A stretch of 28,326 nucleotides of DNA, taken from a virus (taxonomy: Duplodnaviria; Caudoviricetes). The notes under the pieces were generated by a model. The model searched no databases and was not told the origin of the DNA. It saw only the letters and a program-made list of their open reading frames with translations. This document shows, in pieces, positions 20,001-26,548 of the stretch. The first letter of the stretch is position 1; every line of letters begins with the position of its first letter. A program made the position numbers and the translations under genes. Where the stretch lies: positions 1 through 28,326 of the IMG/VR virus record IMGVR_UViG_3300044723_009834; one strand, written 5' to 3'.

Positions 20001-21315
20001 ATTAAATGCAACATATATGTTCTTTAATGCGGGCGTTCAGGGATCTGTAAATTTCTTTAGAGGATTTCTTCCCGGAAAAAGATTTTCTAAAACAAAAGCT
20101 GCCGCAGCATCTGGTATTGTTATGACTGCTTTTGCAAGAACAATGTATAACATGTTAATTTCTGATGAAGACGAAGATGAAACTCTTGTATATTCCAAAA
20201 TACCAAGCTTTGAAAAAGAAAGAAATATGATCTTTTTATTACCCGATGTTGTGGGAATTAAAGATGGAGAATTTAAAGTAGAGAAATTTGGTGCTATTAA
20301 AAAATATTACCAAGGCGACATACCAGTCGCTTTAGCAATACCCTTGCCTTATGGTTACAACGTGTTTGATAACATAGGAAGAATAACAGCGGAAATGTTT
20401 GCACAAAAAATGTTTGATCTTAAGAATCCTGTGTTAACACCATCTAAGGCAGGTATTGAGTTAACGGGTGCTTTTGCGGGCTCATTCTCTCCAATTGGTC
20501 TAGGCTTTACAAACGATGAGGGCATACCGGGCGTTGCAAAAAGATTAGGCAAAACAGCAATACCAACTTATGGCAAACCTTTTTATGAAATTTCTATAAA
20601 TGAAAATTGGTTTGGTGCCCCAATAACAAGAGAACAATTTCCCTTTGGACCACAGCTACCAGAGTCTGGGCTAAAATTTAAAAGCACGTCTGATGCATAT
20701 GTTTGGGTAACAAAAGAATTAAATGAGCTTACTGGTGGCAATGATTATTATTCTGGATGGGGAGATATTCAGCCAAACACATTACAATATATTACAGAAT
20801 TTTTAGGTGGTGGTGCTTTAAGAACAGTAAATAGAACTACTACATTTTTTAAAAATGTTCTTGATGGAAAGCTTGATCAACAAGAGCGGGGAGAAATTCC
20901 TTTTGCAAGAGTGTTTTCCGCAGAACCTCAAGGCTTTGTTAATGGAAGAAAATATTTTGAAAATTCAGTTGAGATTGAAGAGCTGGCAAATGCTTATGCA
21001 AACCTTACAGGAGACGATAGGAAACAATTTAAAAAAGATAAAGGCTGGGATTTAATTAAACTTGGTCAATGGAGAAACGACATGGAGAAGGCTGCTTACA
21101 AAAAAAGCACCGGCATATCATTTAAATCAGAGCTTGCAAAAGCAGAAAATAAACTAAAAGAGATTAGAGAAAAAGAAAAAGCTGCGGAGATTAGATATAA
21201 AGCAAAAGACCCTGAAAAATTTGTCAAACTTATGGACAAGTATGAAGAAGATAAGCAAGAAATATATTTAAAATTCAATAAAATTTATAACAGAACAATT
21301 GAAAAATCTAAATAA
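14089..21315 (+). CDS. Large polyvalent/ejection protein (zincin metallopeptidase-like, HhH-glycosylase-like and LPD38-like regions)
   Basis: 2408 aa, GTG after AAGGAG; HVIAHELGHHLD + GEIFAQ; LPGVGFK...VTMDTWM...QLQAVLW; C-terminal A..AKNLTINFNRKG, YMFFNAGVQG, IPLPYGY, N.NWFGAPI motifs typical of LPD38-bearing proteins. Confidence 0.8.
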   Translation: MAKEYQFGVPLFDEEEELESLQQPEPKEEQFKSYEYGVSVLDSQNKRGPSYKKPSVDLKTGELSGEIPKIAKPGTLRKAIDIGGVALKMIPNNALKMINGLQDTYANEFLSQDLSYDPTKPLVATLGEFALSKVPTIRGAAENLLKENEKEYKQLEKKLNKIYKDADLSETQMAVASGLSSFVTQAPFLLATAVTRNPKFAYTSLGYFGLQEKGLSYKEARKQGLDHKTAVANSNLNAMFEIGTELIPTKTFTDSMLKYLKGNDRTIRGFLKDGATTMITETASENLNTFLQETNNALFGIQNELRVAWDNQDNPLYNGPTVPQVLKDQAYLTTISSLVSGGANVTLRGAVQYAEDVKQTLKTKDPIDAENILNQLNTLVRNNERTFQAMDLMAREALDIDSIDDSQFDPLDYFSENYIKLDLEQPKAGKEKEEKTVESFKGPAIKTAAMKEFAPTTTSIDESTDPKKQEDMQRIMDDIAGDIDVVGPVDIKTSDFDISQEPQLKNIKDFIVDTRVYSEDMIENITSSKEDFVQEMDRYRDLSLQESFNLSTTLYRLEQAGMPLNILEDLDFIGVFGVNELGGRDQSFNVAEYLVGANTLGLSGLTKINRLVAPADRAYLTHVIAHELGHHLDYRYGEVVDDKKGGSVILPLHYDSPLFNIPEYTIKSDPLGDNERRVKIGKDARSPVLEIVEGQQEGVIIQEAFNVFQNMRLQVKHMRQSDGRYFDGHLLTYPLSQFSSMMFARARGDSNKLIIDNNLQFLKGEIFAQMHSLYYTNRELLEQGAPETIKLIKRIYDAIAIDGIGNKSGRLLAAVLSPRTSRSLQVPASDSTGPTDQSVTGTEPAGQRVGTETVPADGDPSRLPVQESQQYVEIGPLVLKKDNTYDGAPKNKLGKFKNTQKDFDNLAQELVSFAEQEDLSLPDQSRDWYKNALDSIDELTQGDAKLKEDVLRMFVIYSSQTPVETNLAYVLRSLVSMAKEGDPLPGFQPKAGEYAKTAIEADDFGQKLPGVGFKLQSFYDNMTGAKTDSVTMDTWMFTMLGFQKDQTSISNHRYGTSVIQEATRLYNEKNNDNMTPMQLQAVLWTYARNKKMQEQGKPAEYIGYETYIDKAMATVTGEVIPSTSIPELKFADSLDPTAKMQLTKELLEIITTEEGKNEIMNLLPGTGLYKFSHSFGAYDGKINPNIISSLVLEKISGSKQFNKLDLTYADDFLRAWGFVFRQDAMPYFVSDESISDTDINDLSNESVNIGSEVQLIDTQTNQPIEMTDVLRNQINTELAKEGIDGFTQLDAGTIGLINFKFDNAIIENFNEKIKDALSRVNIENVRADITENIKYNTQYLTNNWEENPDGSEYLTGRLEKESIREGLVRLRTKVDEIYTKYREGRYDDDPSGGFPTTKPDSTTELKEESQPAQEQTPPPLKPAGMAPPSRPPSGNETDINNQWTMGDESNASLFLQSFRERIVNNFDRVLQIENKIEDQFGAPAMRGKRVTQKTDLHHGKVKYGLDEAMKDVDSLLKFIVTNKIDLKDFNEFLQNLHAPERNDYIDTLREPGKPGSVKYKGRGSGIPTEIALEKLRSFGVDMISGEATAINEQGAKYLAAFKELQKFIEGTINIYDKEGLLEEGVSEDWRGRYKYYVPLVGFASDTREDQRPSASGKGMTIYGPELKKAKGRVSISGPPFEQAIIQRQNAVVRAEKNIVAKQFANLAREFPNPEMYEVIEDAPQIQPKLTDWNPDKGSYVGFKEDGKIKYVHIFDERLARAFQGWSTSDIHGLTRMALGFTRYLSLINTAYNPEFMVTNAMRDIQTGFFNLLAEQEIPGGRAEGLKIAKQAFNPKTLTSRMKDFYRGARGKNIKDNEIQKMYDAFIKAGAPTGYIDQPTIEDLTKNLDKLIAMHQGKVGRKLASISYEPVLNLIYDSNTAIENAARFSVFIESINAQGGLNKVDEQTIEQAAVLAKNLTINFNRKGTWGPGLNATYMFFNAGVQGSVNFFRGFLPGKRFSKTKAAAASGIVMTAFARTMYNMLISDEDEDETLVYSKIPSFEKERNMIFLLPDVVGIKDGEFKVEKFGAIKKYYQGDIPVALAIPLPYGYNVFDNIGRITAEMFAQKMFDLKNPVLTPSKAGIELTGAFAGSFSPIGLGFTNDEGIPGVAKRLGKTAIPTYGKPFYEISINENWFGAPITREQFPFGPQLPESGLKFKSTSDAYVWVTKELNELTGGNDYYSGWGDIQPNTLQYITEFLGGGALRTVNRTTTFFKNVLDGKLDQQERGEIPFARVFSAEPQGFVNGRKYFENSVEIEELANAYANLTGDDRKQFKKDKGWDLIKLGQWRNDMEKAAYKKSTGISFKSELAKAENKLKEIREKEKAAEIRYKAKDPEKFVKLMDKYEEDKQEIYLKFNKIYNRTIEKSK
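16475..16705 (+). CDS. Candidate nested (+1 frame) small protein, possible immunity protein of the metallopeptidase domain
   Basis: 76-aa ORF starting at the end of the HExxH domain, over a low-complexity main-frame linker with ~54% GC (hand count 16501-16680); globular-looking sequence Y...F..P.P....L...I...LE...P. Confidence 0.5.
   Translation: MMQLQLTELEIKAADYLQQFSHPVPAEVYRSLPPTALVQLINQSLEQNQPVKEWEQRQYQQTGTPADYQYKNLNNM
18134..18304 (+). CDS. Candidate nested (+1 frame) 56-aa protein
   Basis: GGAGGAG 7 nt before ATG 18134; MEVNILQEDSKKKAYERGLYVSGQRLMKSTPSTEKEDMTTTPAEDSLQPNQTQPQS; GC-elevated linker region. Confidence 0.35.
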   Translation: MEVNILQEDSKKKAYERGLYVSGQRLMKSTPSTEKEDMTTTPAEDSLQPNQTQPQS

Positions 21316-21377
21316 AAAAAGCGAAGCCGCCAAACATACAGTAAAAGGGGGGTTATATGATTAACTGGCAGCCCCGC
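21314..21377 (-). terminator. Intrinsic terminator-like long hairpin between convergent operons
   Basis: On the minus-strand RNA, GCGGGGCUGCCA pairs fully (3 G-U) with UGGCGGCUUCGC and is followed by a U-run (A-run at 21314-21320 on +). Confidence 0.65.
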
Positions 21378-21393
21378 AAGAAGGTATCAAACC

Positions 21394-22194
21394 TCAAGAT
21401 ATCAAAGATATAGTATTCTCACAAGCCTCATTAAGATAATCTTTCGACAGATGAGCATACCTATTTACAATATTAAAGTCGGACCACCCACCAAGATGTT
21501 GCAGAGTATGTAAGGGAGTACCATTCTGCACATGATGAGTAGCCCATGTATGTCTAATGTCGTGCCACCTGAAGCCCTCTAAGCCACACTTTTTAAGTGC
21601 CTTATACCATCCAGTGTTTGAGGTTCTTGTAAGCTTCCTACCGGCGTATGTGAAGACGTAAGGACCAATTTGTTTTATCTTGTTCAACAACTCTTGTGCA
21701 TCTTTATTTAAAGGCACCGCAAGAGATCTCCCATTCTTGGTCTCGTCTGCATGAATAGATACCCATCCGTCTTGTATATCTTTCCATTTTAGGTTTAGGC
21801 AGTTGGACATCCTGACACCAGTCATAAGGGAGAAAACAAACACAGGTTTAAGGTGCTCAGGCAAAGCCTCATGCAACCTAGCACACTCTTCAAGCGTAAA
21901 GAACTTCACCCTCTTGGATGACTCCTTGACTCTTTTAAGAGTTGGCTTTGTGTCCAACCAGCCTAAATCTTCGTAGCAGTAATTAAGAACTGCTCTTAAA
22001 AAGTTTATGTATCTATTGACAGTACCGGGAGATTTTTTTATCCCCGCCCTAGCGTTGGCTAGATCTTCTTTAGATAACTTATTAATATTCTTTTTACCAA
22101 AACACTTAGTAAAATATTTAATGTAAGTGGGATCATTCTTTCCGGGATTCTTGACTTCATAATATCTTTGTACGGCTTCATTAAAATCTTTCAT
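21394..22194 (-). CDS. int: Tyrosine recombinase/integrase (short form)
   Basis: TGVR (R), TKNG (K), HDIRHTWA (HxxR), LGGW, RYAH (Y). Confidence 0.92.
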   Translation of the reverse strand: MKDFNEAVQRYYEVKNPGKNDPTYIKYFTKCFGKKNINKLSKEDLANARAGIKKSPGTVNRYINFLRAVLNYCYEDLGWLDTKPTLKRVKESSKRVKFFTLEECARLHEALPEHLKPVFVFSLMTGVRMSNCLNLKWKDIQDGWVSIHADETKNGRSLAVPLNKDAQELLNKIKQIGPYVFTYAGRKLTRTSNTGWYKALKKCGLEGFRWHDIRHTWATHHVQNGTPLHTLQHLGGWSDFNIVNRYAHLSKDYLNEACENTISLIS

Positions 22195-22331
22195 TTACCT
22201 TGCCCCCTATATTTTTTAAAGTTAGCTTTTTTCTTTTTGTTCATACCCGAACCATAACTAAGTCTTGAATTACCTATGGAGGTTTTTTTCTTAACCGATG
22301 TAATTGATTGTACTGTTTTTGATTTAGCCAT
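22191..22331 (-). CDS. 46-aa highly basic protein (not in ORF track)
   Basis: MAKSKTVQSITSVKKKTSIGNSRLSYGSGMNKKKKANFKKYRGQGK; exactly fills the gap, with TAATG overlap upstream and ATGA overlap with int. Confidence 0.8.
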   Translation of the reverse strand: MAKSKTVQSITSVKKKTSIGNSRLSYGSGMNKKKKANFKKYRGQGK

Positions 22332-22579
22332 TATGAAACCCTCCAAACTCTCCAGCCACCATCGACAGTTCTTATTGCAAAGTTTCTATCGAAGTCCCTT
22401 AAAGTATTTTTATAGTTATGAGCCCTACCACGAAACCTAACAGCTTCCTGATAGTCATGAAAGAAAACAGAGTCATCCACCTCCATGGCGTATAAGGTCT
22501 CTTTAATTTCGTCATGTTTTCTTGTTGAGTGTTTCTGCCAGTTAGGTGGCATCGGTATATTTTTTTCAATCTGTAACAT
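22331..22579 (-). CDS. Small conserved phage protein, putative DNA-binding
   Basis: IEKNIPMP...MEVDDS.F...RTVDGGWRVWR motif; AAGGGAG RBS. Confidence 0.7.
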   Translation of the reverse strand: MLQIEKNIPMPPNWQKHSTRKHDEIKETLYAMEVDDSVFFHDYQEAVRFRGRAHNYKNTLRDFDRNFAIRTVDGGWRVWRVS

Positions 22580-22608
22580 ATAAACTCCCTTTTAATGTTT
22601 AAGTTTAG

Positions 22609-22636
22609 ATTATAAAGACTTTGTATACTTAGTCAA
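22609..22636 (-). promoter_or_regulatory. Sigma70-like promoter for the 82aa-46aa-int operon
   Basis: Minus strand TTGACT-16 bp-TATAAT. Confidence 0.7.
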
Positions 22637-23088
22637 TCTTTTATTAAATACTGTTTAAATAAATTTATTGGAACTAAGCAGGCTCTTTTTAATTCATCAT
22701 CGCCCTCACCAAGAATGTCTATTGATTTAATGTTGTTTATCATAATGCATTCCATAATTAACCTTGGTGTGGTCCACATAATTTCTTCGCCGGTATAAAA
22801 GACCCAATAGTCAGCCTCGGTAGATAACAAAGCAGATGGTTTATTAAACATTTTTAATTCAATTAATATGTTGTTTGTTTCTAAGCTTTTATAATCTGCC
22901 TTGACCTCAACCTTGTCTCCGGTCTCAGGAATAAATATGTCATAGGGTTTAAACTTCCCGGGAATTAAAACAGCTGACGGATATTTTTTTTGAATAGATT
23001 CAAGGACCTTGACTTCAAGCCGTTGTCCAACCTGAAGGTCTCTTTGAAAAGCTTTACTCGAATTTTGATTTGATTGTTTGATAGTCAT
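22633..23088 (-). CDS. PD-(D/E)xK-like nuclease-fold protein (start re-called to 23088, 151 aa)
   Basis: F..DL..G...E, YDI, VEVK.D, N.LIE, PS.L..T.ADYW. The first 32 codons of the tracked ORF overlap the upstream gene. Confidence 0.7.
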   Translation of the reverse strand: MTIKQSNQNSSKAFQRDLQVGQRLEVKVLESIQKKYPSAVLIPGKFKPYDIFIPETGDKVEVKADYKSLETNNILIELKMFNKPSALLSTEADYWVFYTGEEIMWTTPRLIMECIMINNIKSIDILGEGDDELKRACLVPINLFKQYLIKD

Positions 23089-23539
23089 CTTCCGAAAGAA
23101 TTGACTGTAACGAGATGTCATTAAACTTATGATCTGAAGTAATGATCTTTGTAAGTATAGCAATACACTTATGGTCTTGATCAAACATTTCGCCTTGGCT
23201 GGTAGCCACAGAGAGAACTCTTTTTATGGCGTCTCTGATTGTAAGGTTATCTATGGTTTTCAATTTTTGATACTCCGCCCAACGCTCGTCCTGAGATTCT
23301 AGTTGTCTAATCTTAAATCCAGCAGCAGCATTCTTTATGTTAATAAGTTTCTTTTGATGAGAAGACATTGTGTTCCAGTCGGTAATCTCGGTTTGAGTTC
23401 TACCACAAGTGTGGCAGTGAAGATCACCGTATGTCGTAGAGCACACTCCCCTACAAGGGCTGCCGTCTAATCTAGCCTCCCCTTGGAGTGAAGCAAGCCT
23501 CTCATTAGATGAAAGGCTCTTTGTTTCTATTGGAGTCAT
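23054..23539 (-). CDS. DUF1289-domain (4-Cys) protein with helical C-terminal extension
   Basis: SPCRGVCSTTYGDLHCHTCGRTQTEITDWNTMS. Confidence 0.8.
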   Translation of the reverse strand: MTPIETKSLSSNERLASLQGEARLDGSPCRGVCSTTYGDLHCHTCGRTQTEITDWNTMSSHQKKLINIKNAAAGFKIRQLESQDERWAEYQKLKTIDNLTIRDAIKRVLSVATSQGEMFDQDHKCIAILTKIITSDHKFNDISLQSILSEDDYQTIKSKFE

Positions 23540-23548
23540 TTCAAATAC

Positions 23549-23836
23549 TTACGAATCTTTTTTTGTCTCGCTTGTATTTGATTCTACTTCATCTGTTTTA
23601 CTTTGTACAACCTTAAAGCCATCACTGGGTAGCAATGGTGTAAGCTCGCTTTGCAAAACCCTCAAACCCATTTGCATTAAAGCAAGCTCACTTGAGCGTG
23701 TATTAATTAAAGTGTTTGATATCTGAAGATCTCGTACTTTGTTTTGAGCTGCCTCAGAGAAAGTACTGCTATCGTACTCTCTCTGTTCGCCGTCAACAAA
23801 GACAACAATTTTGTTATTGTCAGTTGAATCACTCAT
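23549..23836 (-). CDS. Hypothetical protein (beta-hairpin + coiled coil)
   Basis: 95-aa ORF, TAATG-coupled to the upstream gene. Confidence 0.65.
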   Translation of the reverse strand: MSDSTDNNKIVVFVDGEQREYDSSTFSEAAQNKVRDLQISNTLINTRSSELALMQMGLRVLQSELTPLLPSDGFKVVQSKTDEVESNTSETKKDS

Positions 23837-24078
23837 TAGAAAGGCAGGTCTTCAGCTGTTACTTGTGCCGCTGGTGCTGGTGCTGGTTTAGCCCCGACAT
23901 TGTTTGGCTCAACAAAACTTAAATTAAGAGCTGGTGCCCTGTCATTTTCAGTTTCATTTTTATATGCAAATACAAGCATCTCTTTACCGTCAACTTTTAC
24001 CTTGCCGTTTAAGATATATTTCTTAGAAGAGTCCTCTGTTTTCCAAAGAGCTCCCTTGTTATTATCATCATATTCCAT
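23836..24078 (-). CDS. Small SSB-like protein
   Basis: Beta-rich core (GALWK, GKVKVDG, AP.LNL), Pro/Ala linker, acidic-aromatic tail EDLPF; in the recombination operon. Confidence 0.6.
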   Translation of the reverse strand: MEYDDNNKGALWKTEDSSKKYILNGKVKVDGKEMLVFAYKNETENDRAPALNLSFVEPNNVGAKPAPAPAAQVTAEDLPF

Positions 24079-24253
24079 TGGCTTCTACCTCCTTTTCTTT
24101 TTGGTACCAATCTTCTAAAATTTTAGCAACCTTGTAAGACATGCCTCTGTCATAGAACCTATGTCCTTCTTGGCTACTAACCCTTTCAAGATAATCATGA
24201 ACCTCATGATCAACCCTCGAACTTACTGATTTTTTTGGATTTAAATCATCCAT
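24068..24253 (-). CDS. Ribbon-helix-helix-like small DNA-binding protein (start re-called to 24253)
   Basis: GGAGG 6 nt before ATG 24253; KKSVSSRVDHEVHDYLE...MSYKVAKILEDW strand-helix-helix pattern. Confidence 0.55.
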   Translation of the reverse strand: MDDLNPKKSVSSRVDHEVHDYLERVSSQEGHRFYDRGMSYKVAKILEDWYQKEKEVEANGI

Positions 24254-25211
24254 TTTTGTCCTCCACAATTCTTGTATATATTCTAGTATCGCCCTCTGAT
24301 CTATATCCCTCTACCTCATGAACTGGAATGTCTTTATCTTCGATCAATCTTTTATAATCAATCCTTCCAGTTGCCTGAGTTAAGTGACATTTCACAGATG
24401 GGGTTCTAAAAGCTCCGTTGTTTTCACTAATCAACTTTGCCGATATTTCTTTTTTATCAGCATCGAGCTCTTTAATTTTTTGTTGTAGTATTTTTATTTC
24501 AAGCATAATGCTTACAAGTTTTTTAGTATCCTCGTTGTCATCTACATCTTTATAAGGAACGCCGGGTTCTTTATATTCAACAGACCAACGTGCAATATTC
24601 TCGGGATCTTTCTTGGCTGTGTTATACCAATCAATAAACTCTTTTGCTTTTGGTATATAGATATTTGCCCAATCAGGATCTCTATCAACCCACTCTTGGA
24701 CATACTCTCCGGTTTCATACCACTGAAAGAACAACATCTCATCTATGTCCATGCACTCCATACCAAGCTGCATTTGATGCCAATAGTTTCTTTTTTGTTT
24801 TTTAACATCCTTGATTGGTTTTGTTTGTGGACATTTAATTTCAACTGCTGCTGGTCCACCTTTTCTACCCTTAAGAAGTATTCCATCCGGGCTCATTCCC
24901 AGCCAATCATAATCAGGATGACTCACAAAAGGTGAGTCTTGAATAATATAACCAAGAGCCTCTAAAGTTTTAATTGCCTTGGGCTCGTTTTCTTTTCCCC
25001 TAGTAATGGCGTAAAGTGCACGAGAGTCAAAAGGTCTTTGTGGAAGCGTGTGCTCTTCTCTAAACATATCAATAGCTAGGTCATCCCATTGATCTCCCTT
25101 AGCCCATATATCTTCTTTTACAGCACGTTGTATTCTTGTGCCAGTAATTTTGCCCATTCTTAAAGCAAACCATTCTTTGGTTCCTTGAACTATTTTTGCT
25201 GACTGTGTCAT
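24246..25211 (-). CDS. YqaJ/lambda-exonuclease-family recombination exonuclease
   Basis: QGTKEWFALRMGKITGT, G.ENE, GMSPDG, VEIKCP, YWHQMQ. Confidence 0.9.
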   Translation of the reverse strand: MTQSAKIVQGTKEWFALRMGKITGTRIQRAVKEDIWAKGDQWDDLAIDMFREEHTLPQRPFDSRALYAITRGKENEPKAIKTLEALGYIIQDSPFVSHPDYDWLGMSPDGILLKGRKGGPAAVEIKCPQTKPIKDVKKQKRNYWHQMQLGMECMDIDEMLFFQWYETGEYVQEWVDRDPDWANIYIPKAKEFIDWYNTAKKDPENIARWSVEYKEPGVPYKDVDDNEDTKKLVSIMLEIKILQQKIKELDADKKEISAKLISENNGAFRTPSVKCHLTQATGRIDYKRLIEDKDIPVHEVEGYRSEGDTRIYTRIVEDKNG

Positions 25212-25816
25212 TTAGCACCTGCCATTTTTGTGTAATGTAGGTTAATTTTTTCTCTCGCTTCTTTATCTCCAGCAAGTGTTGCAACCTTGTCGTAGTTTCT
25301 AAATATTTTTTCTTGTTGTGTTTTATCTGTGACCTTTGATATTTCACTAACAAACATATCAAATATTTTTTCTTCAGCTGGCTCGTCTTCATCACCAACC
25401 ATTTCGGGTTCTACTGTTTGCTCAAAAGGTACGCAGAAAAATTGAATCAAGGCATCCCTGTATGCAAAAGATTTTGCAGCTTCAAGATCTCTACCTTGTG
25501 TTGACTTGCTTTGACCAACGTATGCTGTATCGACATAAGAGCCATCTTCCAAAGATAAAAATCTTAGAGTTCCTTTCAATAAGGAATATGAAGTTTTGCC
25601 GTCCTCAGATAATCTTGTTCTTACCTTAAGGTCTGGCAAGAAGTTTGTGGTTACCTTGTTCATCGCCAAGGGTTTAGCGAGAGATGCATAGACGTCGTCT
25701 ATACCTCTATAGTTATATTTTGAGAAACTATTATATTTAGATTTCTCGATTGGGTTTTCTAATAAGTACTCTTGTATGTTTGCAAGAGCACCAAATATTT
25801 TATTGTTCTGTGACAT
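25208..25816 (-). CDS. erf: ERF-family single-strand annealing protein
   Basis: K.KYN.F.KYNYRGIDDV, A.SFAYR.AL...F.VP; GGAGG RBS; coupled to the exonuclease. Confidence 0.85.
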   Translation of the reverse strand: MSQNNKIFGALANIQEYLLENPIEKSKYNSFSKYNYRGIDDVYASLAKPLAMNKVTTNFLPDLKVRTRLSEDGKTSYSLLKGTLRFLSLEDGSYVDTAYVGQSKSTQGRDLEAAKSFAYRDALIQFFCVPFEQTVEPEMVGDEDEPAEEKIFDMFVSEISKVTDKTQQEKIFRNYDKVATLAGDKEAREKINLHYTKMAGAK

Positions 25817-25852
25817 TGATACCTCCGTTTCTTAAGATACATTGTAAATTAA

Positions 25853-25890
25853 TTGACAAAAGAATACAACAGAATTATTCTACTCGTCAA
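25853..25890. promoter_or_regulatory. Symmetric overlapping divergent sigma70-like promoters
   Basis: + strand TTGACA(25853)-17-TATTCT(25876); - strand TTGACG(25890)-18-TATTCT(25866-25861). Confidence 0.7.
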
Positions 25891-25900
25891 AGGAGGTTAT

Positions 25901-26548
25901 ATGTCATTACAACACATCACATCGGTCGTCAGTTTAGAAGGGATCACACCAACACAAAAATTAATTTTATTCATACTTGCAAATTACTCAGATGAGTTTG
26001 GTCAGTCATACCCGTCACACGGCAGAATTATGAAAATAAGTTGCCTTAGTAGAAATGCTGTCATATCCAATTTAAATATTCTTAGGGACCAAGGTTACAT
26101 TGATTGGGAGAACCGGGACAACTTCTCAAATCTTTATAAATTACATGTTAATCAAGGGGGTACTCCTGAAGTACAGGGGGGTACTCCAAAAGTACACAAT
26201 ACTAAAGATAAAACTAAACAAGTATATATATTAGATTACGAGAAGATTTATGAGATATATAAATCTAAGTGCGATAAAAAATATTTTACACATTCTGCTA
26301 ACTCTTATCTTATTAGAAACAGATGGAATGAATTAAAACAATTAGCAAGGAAAGGATTGGTTTCACCTAAGACGGGAAAAAAATTAGACCTAACAACAGA
26401 AGAGTTTTGGGAATCATATTTTGAAATAGCAAACAACTCACCTTATTACAGAAACAAGTTAGATGGTCTTATGAAAAACAAACCTGACTGTAGGACCCTA
26501 TTATCACCCACACAATTTAATTCAATCATAGAGAGGAAACATGGATAA
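25901..26548 (+). CDS. Phage replication initiator (N-terminal HTH; start re-called to 25901)
   Basis: AGGAGG at 25891-25896 before ATG; KLILFILANYSDE.GQSYPS..RI....LSR..V...L..L...GYI winged-HTH; precedes dnaB. Confidence 0.8.
   Translation: MSLQHITSVVSLEGITPTQKLILFILANYSDEFGQSYPSHGRIMKISCLSRNAVISNLNILRDQGYIDWENRDNFSNLYKLHVNQGGTPEVQGGTPKVHNTKDKTKQVYILDYEKIYEIYKSKCDKKYFTHSANSYLIRNRWNELKQLARKGLVSPKTGKKLDLTTEEFWESYFEIANNSPYYRNKLDGLMKNKPDCRTLLSPTQFNSIIERKHG
26153..26196 (+). repeat. Two 21-bp direct repeats, iteron-like (putative origin)
   Basis: CAAGGGGGTACTCCTGAAGTA / CAGGGGGGTACTCCAAAAGTA inside the initiator gene, followed by an AT-rich tract. Confidence 0.6.

Noticed and set aside
18392-21055. 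+1-frame ORFs 18392..18604, 19181..19408 and 20855..21055
   Set aside because: Leu/Lys/Ile-rich shadow translations over conserved main-frame sequence; they also show that +1 ORFs of this length arise by chance, which tempers the nested-gene claims.
21316-21393. tRNA fragment/attP next to the recombinase
   Set aside because: No T-loop (GTTCGA) or CCA-end similarity seen; an att site cannot be supported from sequence alone.
23089-23184. N-terminal 32 aa of the tracked 183-aa ORF
   Set aside because: Deep overlap with the DUF1289 gene; ATG at 23088 is more plausible.
25853-25900. TTG start for the initiator
   Set aside because: That TTG is the -35 box; ATG 25901 has an AGGAGG RBS.
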